From Eledone cirrhosa (taxonomy: Eukaryota), in NCBI GenBank assembly GCA_964016885.1, contig OZ024741.1, positions 192,572,001 through 192,636,000 on the forward strand: a stretch of 64,000 nt of DNA. The letters are read 5' to 3'. Below the pieces are notes generated by a model, which saw only the letters and a list, made by a program, of their open reading frames with translations, searched no databases and had not been told where the DNA came from. Of this stretch, positions 1 to 13,932 are shown in pieces (the first letter of the stretch is position 1; each line of letters opens with the position of its first letter). The position numbers were made by a program, and so were the translations under genes.

Positions 1-420
1 TTATACATGTCAGCGGAATACTTACCATTACACTTGCTGTAATTAAAGGATCCAGCCTTGTTGTACACAGTGTCACATTGATTCTGCCTGGCACACCTGT
101 TAGGGCAATAATAACCATCATCTTACATTTAGCATCATGATTTTGCCTAAGGGTGACGTTAAGTGTACACACGTATGTAGAATACTCTAGCTACTACAAT
201 GTTTCTACTTTTGTCACAAGGCCATCCATTTGAAGAGAAGGAGAAAGTTGATTAAATTGTCTCCAGTGCAACTCTACATCCTTACGAGGCCGATAACTTT
301 ATGTTATCGGCCTCGTAAGGATGAAAGGCAAAGCTAACCTCGGCAGGATATGAACTTAGAACCTAAAGGGGCGTAAACTATACAACGCAGATCCTATTGT
401 CCAACGTGACAATCATACAA

Positions 421-601
421 TAATTGTTTCTACTTTTTGGCACAAGGCCAGCAATTACCCCCAGTGCATTACTGGTGCTTTACTGGTGCAGAATCAACCC
501 CGTAAGGATGAAAAGCAAAGTTAACTTCGGCGAGATTTGAACTCAGGACGCAAAGGGCCATAACTCTATGTTGCAAAGCATGGTGTCTGACGCTCTACCG
601 A
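421..601 (-). mobile_element. tRNA-derived SINE (family A); a second degenerate copy lies at ~198-420
   Basis: Matches the reverse complement of the 18973-19160 copy (tgtttctacttttggcacaaggccagcaattaccc...aaggatgaaaagcaaagttaac...gatttgaactcag). Confidence 0.8.
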
Positions 602-947
602 TAAAAGTGGACAGCGTTGTCAAACATAGTGACATATTGATACAGTCAAAGGATTGTATTAAATCTAGTGTCTGTAACACTAAAATCTAGTTTAGTCAGC
701 AATTTGAGTAAATTGAACATCTGGAATGCTCATCGTGGAAATCGACGGAGAACTCAACTACTACATCAGTGTGTTTGTGAAATCATTTCTTTTTTGTGAA
801 AGCGTGTGTATATTTTATGTCACTTTGTGTATAGGCTCCTGTTTACAGGTGTAAATTTGTGCATATGCATGTGTACACGCATCCGTGCGTGATAATATAC
901 ATGCGGATGTATGCTTACGTCAATATCTGATTTTGTGTATGTTTCAC

Positions 948-971
948 TGTATGTATGTAAATATATATACA

Positions 972-1042
<71 letters not shown>

Positions 1043-1101
1043 GTATATATATTTATATATATGTATATATATATATATTTATATATATATTTATATGTAT
1101 G

Positions 1102-1136
<35 letters not shown>

Positions 1137-1216
1137 GTATATATATTTATATATATGTATATATATATATATTTATATATATATTTATATGTATGTATAT
1201 ATATACATATATATGA

Positions 1217-1248
<32 letters not shown>

Positions 1249-1325
1249 TCATATATAAATATGTATATATATATATATACACATATATACATATATATAT
1301 ATGTATATATATATATATGTATATA

Positions 1326-1391
<66 letters not shown>

Positions 1392-1430
1392 GTGTGTGCA
1401 TACATACAAACAAACATACATACATACAAA
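948..1430. repeat. (TA)n-rich compound microsatellite
   Basis: Directly visible; the YIYI ORFs here are artefacts. Confidence 0.95.
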
Positions 1431-1826
1431 CATGGTGGCTGCCAACTCGTTTTCGAGTACGGCCACTACTTTATATCCATGTAGGAGAACTCCTACCGAT
1501 GCGCTGAACGAGTGTGACTTTTTAGTCCAGCCAGCGACCCGAAAACTCTGGTACAGACACTACACTTGTGACAATTATTGACACATAGTGCTAGGCCCTT
1601 GGTACCATGTGACGACAAGTGCAGAGAGATCTCCAGATATAAAGCAATGCCTGTGCCGTGAAGCTTTTATAGTGTGCAAAGCCAGTCCCATCTCTTAACC
1701 AACATGATATTTACCAAAAAGAAGAACAAGTCAACATCATTGGATACCATCAGGGTTGCAGGTGTTATATCAGAGTTTTCCTTCTCCTTGAATTCTGCCT
1801 TGACAAAGGCTAAGAGGTCGTCTCTC
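1431..1826 (+). mobile_element. Non-autonomous (TACA)n-inserted retroelement, subfamily X, 5' part
   Basis: Near-identical reverse copies at 12558-12968 and 22845-23255; all are flanked by (TACA)/(TATG)n. Confidence 0.75.
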
Positions 1827-2439
1827 ATACATACATACATACATACATACATACATACACACATACAAACACATACATACGTACATATGCACATACAAAC
1901 ATACATACGGACATACAAAAACACATACATACATACACACATACAAACACACCTACATACGGATACACGTCAACTAGATGACTCTTAGCACTTGTAAACA
2001 CAATACAAAATGTAAGAAATCACATACGCACACATAAAAAGGCATCGACACATACACGCACAAAGAAGTATACATATATATGTGTATCTATACAAATGTA
2101 TGTATATACACCCTCCACACACATGTGTGTGTGTGTGTGTATGTGTGTATGTGTGCGTGCGTGTATGTATGTGTGAGTGAGTATACAGGTGTGTCTGCAT
2201 AAATGTATACAGCACGTATTACTAAGTTGTATCTTAAACATATGTGTACAAATACATACACCGAAACATAAATTATATAAATATAAAAATATACACATAC
2301 ACAAACATATATCTACACACACACACACACTCCTATATATATATGTATATGTATGTACATACATATATATATATGTGTATATATATATATATATGTATAT
2401 ATATGTATGAATGTATGTATGTATGTATGTATGAATGTA

Positions 2440-4425
2440 TGTGTGTGTGTGTATATACGTATGTATGCATGTATGTATATATGTAAGTATATATATGCAT
2501 ATAAATTTGTCCCTCGGTGTGTGTATAAGTGTATATATGTCTGTGTGTGTATATTACGTATGTATGCATGTATGTATAAATGTAAGTATGTATATATGTA
2601 AGTAAGTATATGCATATACATTTGTGTCTCGGTGTGTGTATAAGTGTATATATCTCTGTGTGTGTATATTACGTATGTATGTATGTATGTATATATGTAA
2701 GTATATATATGCATATAAATTTGTGTCTCGGTGTGTGTATAAGTGTATATATGTCTGTGTGTGTATATTACATATGTATGTCTTCATGTATGTATATATG
2801 TATGTATATACATATATATTTGTGTCTCGGTGTGTGTATAAGTGTATATATGTCTGTGTGTGTATATTACGTATGTATGTATGCATGTATGTATATATGT
2901 AAGTGTGTATATACATATATATTTGTGTCTCAGTGTGTGTATAAGTGTATATATGTCTGTGTGTCTATAAGTGTATATATGTCTGTGTGTGTATATTACG
3001 TATGTATGTATGCATGTATGTATGTATATATGTAAGTATGTATATGCATATATATTTGTGTCTCGGTGTGTGTATAAGTGTATATATGTCTGTGTGTGTA
3101 TATTAGGTATGTATGTATGCATGTATGTATATATGTAAGTATGTATATACATATATATTTGTGTCTCGGTGTGTGTATAAGTGTATATATGTCTGTGTGT
3201 GTATATTACGTATGTATGTATGCATGTATGTATATATGTAAGTGTGTATATACATATATATTTGTGTCTCGGTGTGTGTATAAGTGTATATATGTCTGTG
3301 TGTGTATATTACGTATGTATGTGTATGTAAGTATGTATATACATATATATTTGTGTCTCGGTGTGTGTATAAGTGTATATATGTCTCTGTGTGTATATTA
3401 CATATGTATGTATGCATGTATGTATATATGTAAGTGTGTATATACATATATATTTGTGTCTCGGTGTGTGTATAAGGGTATATATGTCTGTGTGTGTATA
3501 TTACGTATGTATGCATGTATGTATATATGTAAGTATGTATATACATATATATTTGTGTCTCGGTGTGTGTATAAGTGTATATATGTCTGTGTGTGTATAT
3601 TACATATGTATGTATGCATGTATGTATATATGTAAGTGTGTATATACATATATATTTGTGTCTCGGTGTGTGTATAAGTGTATATATGTCTGTGTGTGTA
3701 TATTACGTATGTATGTGTATGTAAGTATGTATATACATATATATTTGTGTCTCGGTGTGTGTATAAGTGTATATATGTCTCTGTGTGTATATTACATATG
3801 TATGTATGCATGTATGTATACATGTAAGTGTGTATATACATATATATTTGTGTCTCGGTGTGTGTATATACATATATATTTGTGTCTCGGTGTGTGTATA
3901 AGTGTATATATGTCTCTGTGTGTATATTACATATGTATGTATGCATGTATGTATATATGTAAGTGTGTATATACATATATATTTGTGTCTCGGTGTGTGT
4001 ATAAGGATATATATGTCTGTGTCTGTATATTACGTATGTATGCATGTATGTATATATGTAAGTATGTATATACATATATATTTGTGTCTCGGTGTGTGTA
4101 TAAGTGTATATATGTCTGTGTGTGTATATTACGTATGTATGTATGCATGTATGTATATATGTAAGTGTGTATATACATATATATTTGTGTCTCGGTGTGT
4201 GTATAAGTGTATATATGTCTGTGTGTGTATATTACGTATGTATGCATGTAAGTATATATGTAAGTGTGTATATACATATATATTTGTGTCTCGGTGTGTG
4301 TATAAGTGTATATATGTCTGTGTGTGTATATTACGTATGTATGTATGCATGTATGTATATATGTAAGTGTGTATATACATATATATTTGTGTCTCGGTGT
4401 GTGTATAAGTGTATATATGTGTGTG
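2440..4425. repeat. Minisatellite, ~89-103 bp unit, ~20 copies
   Basis: Recurrent core tttgtgtctcggtgtgtgtataagtgtatatatgtctgtgtgtgtatattacgtatg. Confidence 0.92.
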
Positions 4426-4629
4426 ATTGTTTATGTATGACTGATGACAAGTGTGACAGAGATATGAGCAGGTAACACACGTCACTCATCTTTGGTCACG
4501 CCCTCTTTGGTGCCTCGATTTTCATATAGCAACCCTTTTGTCATTTTCACCTTCTCCCTGTCCCTCCCTATCTTTCTAACCTACCCCCCACACACAATCC
4601 CCTTCTCTCTACCCCTCTCATGATTTCTG

Positions 4630-5260
<631 letters not shown>

Positions 5261-5388
5261 TCTATTCAGTCCAGGGATGTAAGTAAATAATTCAACGCAA
5301 TATGTTCGGATCCTTACTGATTCTGCCGCATAATAATAACGATGATAATAATAATAAAAATAATAATAACAACAACAACAATAATAAT

Positions 5389-5582
5389 AATGATTGTTTC
5401 TACTTTTGGCACAAGGCCAGCAATTATCCCAGTGCATTACTGGTACTTTATTTTATCGACCCCGTAAGGATGAAAGGCAAAGTTAACCTCGGCGGGATTT
5501 GAACTCAGAATGGCAAGGGCCGTAACTCTATGCGTCAAAGCATGGCATCTGATCCTCTACCGATACTGCCAATCCACTGCCA
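5389..5582 (-). mobile_element. tRNA-derived SINE family A
   Basis: Full-length reverse copy with an (AAT)n-like tail. Confidence 0.85.
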
Positions 5583-5597
5583 ATAATAATAATAATA

Positions 5598-6150
5598 TTT
5601 TCTTTATTAACCACAAGGGTTCACATAAAGTAGACATGAAGGACAGTACAGGACAATACAGGACGGTACAAATGGGCATTTCTGCGTGTAAAAAAACAGA
5701 GGTTGAAATAAAATAACAAAGAAAAATTCCCCAATAGGGGGGAGACTTCCAAGGGACATTTGTGGAGAAAGCCCATTAAAAGACCACAGTGGCCCTGACC
5801 ACCAGGGCAAGTGCCCTCTCCCAGTTTTCCACCTTTAATTTACAGACACATACTCAGAGAAGGCCCATTCATTCGGGCCATACTTGCTTCTCTCACCCAT
5901 CTTTCAACAAAATGCTGGGAAGAGAACACTTCCCTCTCTACCCTGATTTTCCTTTTCAAATGAAATTTGAAAAAGTTAATCAGGGCATCACCGAAGAGGT
6001 AAGTGCTCGTCTTCAGCCCTTTTAAACGTGTCCACCATACTATCTCTTTCGCCATGGCCACCAGACAGATAAAAACTGCCTGCCCTTCCAGGCTAAAGGA
6101 AGGGGCGGGGCAATCCTCACGATGGACTCAGCTGATAGCTGGATCCGTCC
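5598..6150 (-). mobile_element. 3' end of a Tx1/L1-like non-LTR retrotransposon
   Basis: Minus-strand peptide CLVAMAKEIVWWTRLK...RIRVER...FVERW resembles the L1/Tx1 ORF2 C-terminus (AK..IW..R). AATAAA precedes the tail near 5600. Both flanks are (TAA)n. Confidence 0.55.
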
Positions 6151-6177
6151 TAATAATAATAATAATAATAATAATAA

Positions 6178-7897
6178 TGTTCGACAACAACCAGAAGATG
6201 CTGTTTGGACAGCTTGAGGGGAAAGAAAGAGGCAACGACTTGAGCCCTGAGGCGGAACAAACTAAAACATTCTGGAGAGGAATATGGGAGCAGGTTGTTG
6301 GACATAATGACCAGGCAGGGTGGATTGAAACAGTACAGAGGGAGATCAGTGAACAGGCACACCAACAAACTGATTTGAGTATCACAGTTGAAACTCTTAA
6401 GGGGCAGGCCAAAAAACTAACCAACTGGAAATCACCAGGCCCAGATGGTGTGCAGGGGTATTGGATTAAAAATATAACATCCCTCCACCCGAAACTGACA
6501 ACCATGTTCAATGACTGCTTGATGTCAGGTGAGGTACCAGAGTGGTTGACAAAAGGTACCACAGTTCTGATAATGAAGGACCGAATCAAGGGTAATGATG
6601 TTACCAACTATAGACCTATCACATGTCTGTCCGTAATGTGGAAACTGTTGACGAGCATTGTGTCTGAGGAAATCTACCATCACCTCCACACAAACAACTT
6701 GTTACCGGACGAACAGAAAGGATGCCGAAAGAAGTCACGTGGGACAAAGGACCAGTTACTTATTGATAAGATGGTAATGGGGAATTGCAGGAGACACACT
6801 GATCTTGCCATGGGATGGATAGACTACAGAAAGGCATTTGACATGGTGCCTCATTCTTGGATCACCAAAAGCCTGGAGATCTTCAAGGTGGCAGATAACA
6901 TCGGACAGTTGTTGGGCAAGAGTATGAGGTCCTGGGAAACAGAGTTGACATCAACTGGAGAATCCTTGGGAAGCGTGAAGATCAAGAGAGGTATCTTCCA
7001 GGGAGATAGCCTGTCCCCTCTGTTGTTTGTCCTTGCCCTGATGCCCCTGACCAGTGTACTGCGAAAAGTGAGAGCAGCATACGGGTTGGGAAAGGGAGGG
7101 CTTACCATCAATCACCTCCTCTTCATGGACGATCTTAAGCTCTTCGGGAAGAGTGAGAAGGAGTTGGATGTGCTTGTTGACACTGTCCGTATTTTCAGCA
7201 GTGATATATGTATGCAGTTTGGTATTAGTAAGTGTGGAGTCATTGTGATGAGGAGGGGTAGGTTGAGCAGAAGTAACGGAATCCAGATACCAACAGGTGA
7301 GATGATAAAGGAAATTGACTCTGAGGAAGGATACAAGTATTTGGGCGTTCTGGAGGTTGATGGCATAAAGAACAAAAAAATGAAGGAATTGTTAAGAAAT
7401 GAATACATTCGGAGAGTAAGGAGCGTATTGAAGTCACATCTGAACAGCAGAAATGCCATAAGCGCAGTAAATTCCCGAGCTGTGTCTATTATTAGGTACA
7501 GTGCGGGAATTCTGAGATGGAATGTTGCTGAACAAAAAGAAATGGATAGGAAGACTAGGAAGCTATTGACTATCTACAACATGTTCCACAAGAGGAGTGA
7601 TGTCGATAGACTCTACCTAAGGAGATCTGAGGGTGGAAGAGGTCTTATCAGCATAGAGGACTGTGTTCAGATGGAGAAAAACAACCTACACAAATACGTG
7701 ACTGATAGTAAGGAGCCAATGCTCAGAACTGTACTGAAGGAGGGGACAATAGGCCAGGGGATGTCCAAGGAGGAAATAATATCAAGGAGAAAGAGCAGCT
7801 TTCAGGAAAAATCCCTTCATAGTACCTTCTTTGAGAAAACTGAATTTAGAGATCCACAGACATGGAACTGGTTGAGAAGAGGAGACCTTAAAAAGGC
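6178..7897 (+). mobile_element. R4/Dong-clade non-LTR reverse transcriptase ORF, truncated at both ends
   Basis: Open frame with WKSPGPDG, YRPITCL, DYRKAFDMVPHSW, GIFQGDSLSPLLF, HLLFMDDLKLF, YKYLG and LYLRRSEGGRGL. Starts right after (TAA)n and is cut at WLRRGDLKKA by PLE sequence. Confidence 0.88.
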
Positions 7898-8502
7898 TAC
7901 GCCATTTTGTTTGTGTGTGGGTTGCGTGCTCAGTTTGCGCATGCGCCACATCCGGGTGTCTGTGTGTGTTTGTGTTCATTTTTCTATTTTTCTATTTATA
8001 TTTGTTTGTTTATTTATTTATTTATTGTTGGTTGGTTGTTTGTTCTGTGTGTGTGTGTTTTCATTTTGTCTTGTGTGTGTTTTCATTTTGTGTGTGTTTT
8101 CAATTGTAAGTTGTTTGTTCTATGTGTGTGTGTGTTTTCATTTTGTCCTTAATTGTAAGTTGTGATGTTGCTGTTCCACTCATATTTTCTATTTAATTTT
8201 GGTTTTGGATGTGGCGCATGCGCAAACTGAGCACGCAACCCACACACAAACAAAATGGCGTAGGATAGAAGAAAGGAAAGGCACAGAAACGAAGAAAGAA
8301 ATCCCCAGTCACTGAAGAGGTCACAGAGTGTGTGACGAAAGAACTATGACTATATATATATAAACAACTATCTGGTTGTGGAACCAACCAACCAACCAGA
8401 AATTTATAAATTTGTAAATTTATAAATGTATAATAAATTAAATTGAAGTGAAAGCAACTGGTGCGTGTGTTTCTTATTGGCAACATGACCCTCCCAAAGT
8501 AT

Positions 8503-8507
<5 letters not shown>
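7898..8507. mobile_element. Penelope-like (Neptune-type) pLTR insertion with 5' inversion
   Basis: 7898-8205 matches the minus arm (~29687-29897) and 8206-8507 the plus end (~32497-32793) of the 29.4-32.8 kb PLE. Ends ccctcccaaagtataacaa(TA)n. Confidence 0.85.
8307..8351 (+). ncRNA. Minimal type-I hammerhead ribozyme motif in pLTR
   Basis: agtca-CTGAAGA-g-gtcaca gagtg tgtgac-GAAA-gaac-TA-tgact; stems I and II pair. Confidence 0.7.
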
Positions 8508-8540
<33 letters not shown>

Positions 8541-8597
8541 AAACACCTGGAAGGAATAAATTACCTTTTTATGATGTCTACCTGTGTTATAATCATT

Positions 8598-8640
<43 letters not shown>

Positions 8641-8643
<3 letters not shown>

Positions 8644-9560
8644 TGGAGGGCCGAAGGCTCATTCCGGATCTGGTGTTTAGTAAACCAGGTTGGATGGTCA
8701 TAATTGATGTGACGATTCGGCTCGAGCAGGGTTCGGCCCTGGAGAGAGCGGCCGAGGAGAAAGTGTCGAAATATTCCCCGTTGGCGGATTCGCTTCGGGA
8801 GGGCGATCCCCAAACGGCGGTCTTCGTGCACGGTTGTCCAATTGGGGCTTGTGGCAGCTGGTCCGACGCGGCCGAGGCAGCACTGAGTGTTCTTGGGGTG
8901 GGCGGCGGTGCGTTCCGGAGATTCCTCTGCAGGCGGACTCTTTGTAACACCATGGAGATGATACGGGATGGAGCGCGCCCTCGGGGCGTCTCCCTTGCTT
9001 TGTTTTAGACCACTCGAGCCTATCGATGGCGACCTCCCGTAAAATCTCACCTTGGCCGAGCTCGCCCTCCCGCCACTGGGCTGAGTGTCGGCCGTTGAGT
9101 TCCAGTCGCCAACGATCCGGCTTCCCGCTCTTTGTTTTAGACACGGATCCCCGCCACAGGGCGACGCGCCGGTGTCCGACCCTCGAGCTCCCCCCCCCCC
9201 CCAGACGGGAGGCTCGGTTGGGACGATTCGGCACCGTCGACCCTTCGTGGCGGGGACAAACGCGACGTCGGACTGGTATGCCCCCCCCCCCCTCGGGGTC
9301 GGCGGAGCTTTTGCTCCGGGCGTGGGTTTAACGCGTTATCGGACTTACACTACCGGATTAGACAAGCGGCTTAAGGCCGCGATACCGACAAGTCGTGACG
9401 AATACCCATCCGTCGTGGCTTGCTAGACTGGGTCGAACTCGAGCCCGATATGGAAGCTAGACAGCGCAGTTTAGGTCTGCCAAATAGAGCGGTGGAGTTC
9501 TCCCCGGCGGTCACATTAGCTCCCTTGTCCGATAGGCCCTAGTTCTTCCTTCCCCTCCTC
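8641..9560 (+). mobile_element. 3' fragment of an R2/NeSL-like non-LTR element: restriction-like endonuclease plus GC-rich 3' UTR
   Basis: RLIPDLVF...IIDVTIRLE...AAEEKVSKY...PIGACGSW fits the PD..D..K..KY RLE motif. Stop at 9006-9008. GC-rich block bounded by (TA)n on both sides. Confidence 0.75.
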
Positions 9561-9571
9561 TATTATATATA

Positions 9572-9624
<53 letters not shown>

Positions 9625-9859
9625 AAAAAATGGGGAGAAGAATACTGCAGGTTGCACATGGATAACATGTAATAAAATAAGTCCCTCATCAGTGATTTGC
9701 CGACGATCATAGATATTTCATTGCATTAAATATATATATATATATATATATAAAACGTCTTCAGAGAGGAGTAGAAAGGACGCTATCCCAGATTCTATTC
9801 TTCTATTCATTGGAAATTCTAGACTGAATTAGGGCTCAGACCCTCTAATTGGAGCATTG

Positions 9860-10330
9860 TATCAGTAACAAATGAAAGTTAGCATTGAGTTATCGCTCTG
9901 GATACCAAGTTGAATGACACGAGATTTATCCTGGTTAAATCATGCCCCTGTTATCACCCGATATTCATCTATTTTGGCGCAGATGATCTCATTGAAGTCT
10001 CTAACAACTGGCCGAGAGGTGTTCTGTGTATGCAGACGCTGTCCATTTGTGATAATGTCTGGTGGATGATTCTCAGAGCATTCAAATTTTGAGATATTTA
10101 AGAGCCAAAACGTCGAGAAATAGTGAAAGGGGGAAGTCGTCATTATTCCATCTTGTGATGTCAAACAGTTCCAATGTGTGGTCATTTGCCAGATCACAAA
10201 GCATATGTCGAAATAATAAAGTACCTGTTCAGGTTAGTAGATCGAGAGGATTGTTAGATTGTTGGACGAAAGCATAACAGCATTTGAGGGGTCCTAAGAA
10301 CGGCTACAAATTCTTGCAACAGTGAACTCG
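9860..10330 (-). pseudogene. Possible heavily decayed LINE RT fragment
   Basis: Non-repetitive stretch with LGPL and ANDHTL-like remnants on the minus strand; weak. Confidence 0.25.
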
Positions 10331-11189
10331 GATAAGGTCACAAAAAAGCCAGGTAGGTGTTTTGAGCAGGGTAACCGACACATTTATCATCTCGGAGCCA
10401 GGTGATGGTGTTAAACAGGGTGCTGGGTTAAGTCGATTACCAAGAGCTAGATGGTATTGGTAGTGGTGTTTTTAAAGATGGCGAGGGACCGAATTTATCA
10501 GCCATGTGGTGGTGTCAAAAATTCTATCTAGACTAAATAAATAAATAAACTGTTATAACTAATGACCAGGAAAATGTTCTGTCCAACACTCTAAAAAATT
10601 CTGTCATCCATCGTTGTTTTTAATTATTATTATATGCATTTAGTGGCACGATACAGTGATTTATATTAACAATCACAATACATGATTGGTACACAGAATT
10701 CTATACAGGGAATGTTATCAATTACACCATTTCATGACTCGTACTTTCTTAATGAAAGGGTACAGTGAATTATACGTAAGTGACGGGTACTAATTTGGTG
10801 GCAAAGCATAGTGAGTTATATATATCCCAGTAAATAACTTGTAGTTCCTTACTGGCATGGCACAATGGATTAGACCAACTACCTCTGTGCATGACGTTTA
10901 CATATTTAGTGACACTGCCCAGTGAATTATATTAAGTTCAGTACATAACTGGTACTCATTTACTGCTGGGACACTTCAGTATATGAATAGTACTTATTTT
11001 ACTGACTCCTTCGCCACTAGAACTTCCTTGACGGGAAATGAACTAATATGATATTGACAGGTAATTACATGTCACAGCATTCTCTCCGATGCTCTACCAA
11101 TTTTATGATTTTTTTCTTAGCCATAATAACAGCAGCAATAGCAATAACGAAATTTGAATTTTGCCACAAGATCAATGGATGGGAGGATA

Positions 11190-11530
11190 TTACAAGGACA
11201 AATTATGAAGACATTTTCATTTCTTCACATGTTATTGAACCTTCGCCGCTTCCGACAACGAGTGTTCCAGTGCAAGAGCAACGGCATAGCCTACGCGTGA
11301 AATTAACGTGAAAGTGACTGAGCATTCCACAGATATATATATAACCTTAACGGGTGTGATAAGGCTGGTCCTTTTAATTAGAAGTACAACTTATTTTTGC
11401 TAGTTGAGTTGACTGGAACAACGTGAAATAAAGTATCTTGCTTCAGGACACAACGCGCAGCAAGGAATCCAACGCACAACTTTACATTTGTCAACCGAGC
11501 ACCCTAACCACAAAGTCACACGTTTTCACT
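11190..11530 (-). mobile_element. Degenerate tRNA-SINE family B
   Basis: Reverse of the tgtgtcctgaagcaagatactttatttcacgttg core seen at 27526-27812. Confidence 0.55.
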
Positions 11531-11922
11531 TTTCTTAACTTTTCTGAAAAACAGAGATTAAAGGCAACAGTGAGAATAGAACTGAAACCTAGATACCTAT
11601 CATAGAAACACTCTTGAAACATCCCGAATAAATCAAGGAATTTCATAGAAATCTTGGACTGCAACTTAAGGAGCGACCAATGGAATTCCATATAACGACT
11701 GCATTGTCATAAAATCAGAGCTACCATATAAAAATCGGACTACATTGTCAAGCAAAATTCTGGTCATAATTTACCGTTCATATATGTGTGTGTTTGAGGA
11801 CATGTGTGCATATAATATATATATACCTAATGTATGTATGTATGTATGTATGTATGTATGTATGTATGTATGTATGTATGTATGTATGTATGTATGTATG
11901 TATGTATGTATGTATGTATGTT

Positions 11923-12528
11923 ATGTCGGGTCACTCTTGAGTGCTACTGGTAACATGTAACCCAGTACAACCTGTCGCATGGTCGGGTCGTCGGCGACTA
12001 AACCGGCAACCCCACCAAGTTTACTTGGTGACGAGGGTGATTTTGGACACCCTGCAGGACAAAAAACAAAACCTGACAAAGGGCGGAAGAACTCATAAGA
12101 GTCAACGGCCATCCAAAAGTGTGTAAATATGTATATGTATATGTGTCCTTATGGGTGCATGTGTATGTATATGCGCGGGGACATAGAAATAGTCGGGCTG
12201 AACACCTGATCGCGCGGTTAAAAGGCTGGGAGTGAAGGGACCCTAGTTTTGTCAGGACATTCTTCTAGGAGAAGGCAACTCAGGAAACTGGGATAACTCC
12301 GATATAAAATCTGCGGCTCAGTAGTTACCGATGATGTTGAACTTTTCTTCTTTTCGGGTTATAGCTACTGTCGCTCAGAGAGTGGGATTGGCTCAGTGCA
12401 CAGTCTTTCCTCACTTTAAAATATATCTTCATGCACAGGCATTGCCCGATAGAATTAAATAATAATTATTAATAATGGTATATCGTGCAATGGCCATACT
12501 CGATAACGAGGGAGCAGCCATCATCATG
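11923..12528 (-). mobile_element. Non-autonomous (TACA)n-inserted retroelement, subfamily Y (~600 bp)
   Basis: Shares its 3' block with 22647-22840, 38995-39130 and 49920-50020, and its middle with 52330-52722. Flanked by (TATG)n. Confidence 0.75.
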
Positions 12529-12557
12529 TATGTATGTATGGTATGTATGTATCTCTC

Positions 12558-12968
12558 CGGGAGAGATGACCCCTTAGCCTATGTCAAGGCAGAATTCTAG
12601 GAGAAGGAAAACTCTGATATAACACCTGCAACCCTGATGGTATCCAATGATGTTGACTTGTTCTTCTTTTTAGTAAATATCATCTTGGTTAAGAGAGTGG
12701 GACTGGCTTTGTGCAGTGCCTTTGCTCACTATAAAAGCTTCACGGCACAGGCATTGCTTTATATCTGGAGATCTCTCTGCACTTGTCATCACATGGTATC
12801 ATGGGCCCAGCACTATGTGTCAATATTTGTCACAAGTGTAGTGTTTGTACCAGAGTTTTCAAGTCGCAGGCTGGACTAAAAAGTCACACTCGTTCAGCGC
12901 ATCGGTAGGGGTTCTCCTACATGGATATAAAGTAGTGGCCGTACTCGAAAACGAGTTGGCAGCCACTA
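12558..12968 (-). mobile_element. Subfamily X element, 5' part
   Basis: Near-identical to 22845-23255 and to the reverse of 1431-1826. Confidence 0.75.
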
Positions 12969-13743
12969 TGTATGTATGTATGTATGTATGTATGTATGTA
13001 TGTATGTATGTATGTATGTATGTATGTATGTATGTATGTATGTATGTATGTATGTATGTATGTATGTGCGTGTGTATATACATTTTGTATATACTCTACA
13101 GTCATATATATGTATGTATTTATGTGAGTGTGTAAATGTCTGTATGTGTGTATGTGCTTAAATTAGACTCATAGCATTTCAAGCGAAGACCCTTTTAACA
13201 CATGCAATTTGTTAAACGGATCTTGACTTGAAATATGATTGTAAATATTTATACATGTGTATGTATCCTCATATATTGGGTGGGGGGTGATACAATCCAC
13301 TGTGTCCTCTCAATAAATAAATACTAGTTATATACTGTGGGTGATATTTAGAACCGCAACAGATACTCACTTCAACGCTGGGTAACAAACACTTCACTCA
13401 CCCCTCCCTAGCTTCATCTTAAAGTGGTAGTTAAAAAAAGACGAGATGGTCTTGGCCCGTGAGGATGAGCCATTACTCCGTCCTCTCAATCTTGTCCACC
13501 CCATGTGTCCCCCCACCACAACAAACCAACGACAGAACCGCTATATGGCCACTCAACCTACTAGAAATAGCAGTCAAAAATCCACCAACTCATTCTACTG
13601 TCATTAAAAAGGACACGTTGGATAATGTGGTCTTGAGTTCTCTGCACATAGGAAGAAGACGGCATGGTCAAGACAGGAATGCATTTGATAGAAGGTCTGC
13701 TCGTACAAGACTGACCTGGGGTTAAGCAACAACAACAATAATA

Positions 13744-13932
13744 ATATTGTTTCTACTTTAGGCACAAGGCCAGCAATTACCCAATACATTACTGGCACTT
13801 TATTTTATCGACCCCGTAAGGATGAAAGGCAAAGTTAACCTCGGCGGGATTTGAACTCAGACCGTAAAGGGACGTAACTATGCTGGAAAGCATGGCGTCC
13901 GACTCTCTACTGATACTGCCAATCCACCGCCC
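13744..13932 (-). mobile_element. tRNA-derived SINE family A
   Basis: Full-length reverse copy; a degenerate copy follows to ~14160. Confidence 0.85.

Noticed and set aside
6003-8165. 720-aa ORF as a single gene
   Set aside because: It is a chimera of antisense Tx1 sequence, (TAA)n, the R4 RT and an antisense PLE pLTR.
9680-9730. Minus-strand GAAA...CTGATGA permuted hammerhead
   Set aside because: Stem II strands do not pair.
12375-12528. Box C (ATGATGA) and box D (CTGA) in subfamily Y as a snoRNA
   Set aside because: Box C is not conserved in other copies and no rRNA guide is recognisable.
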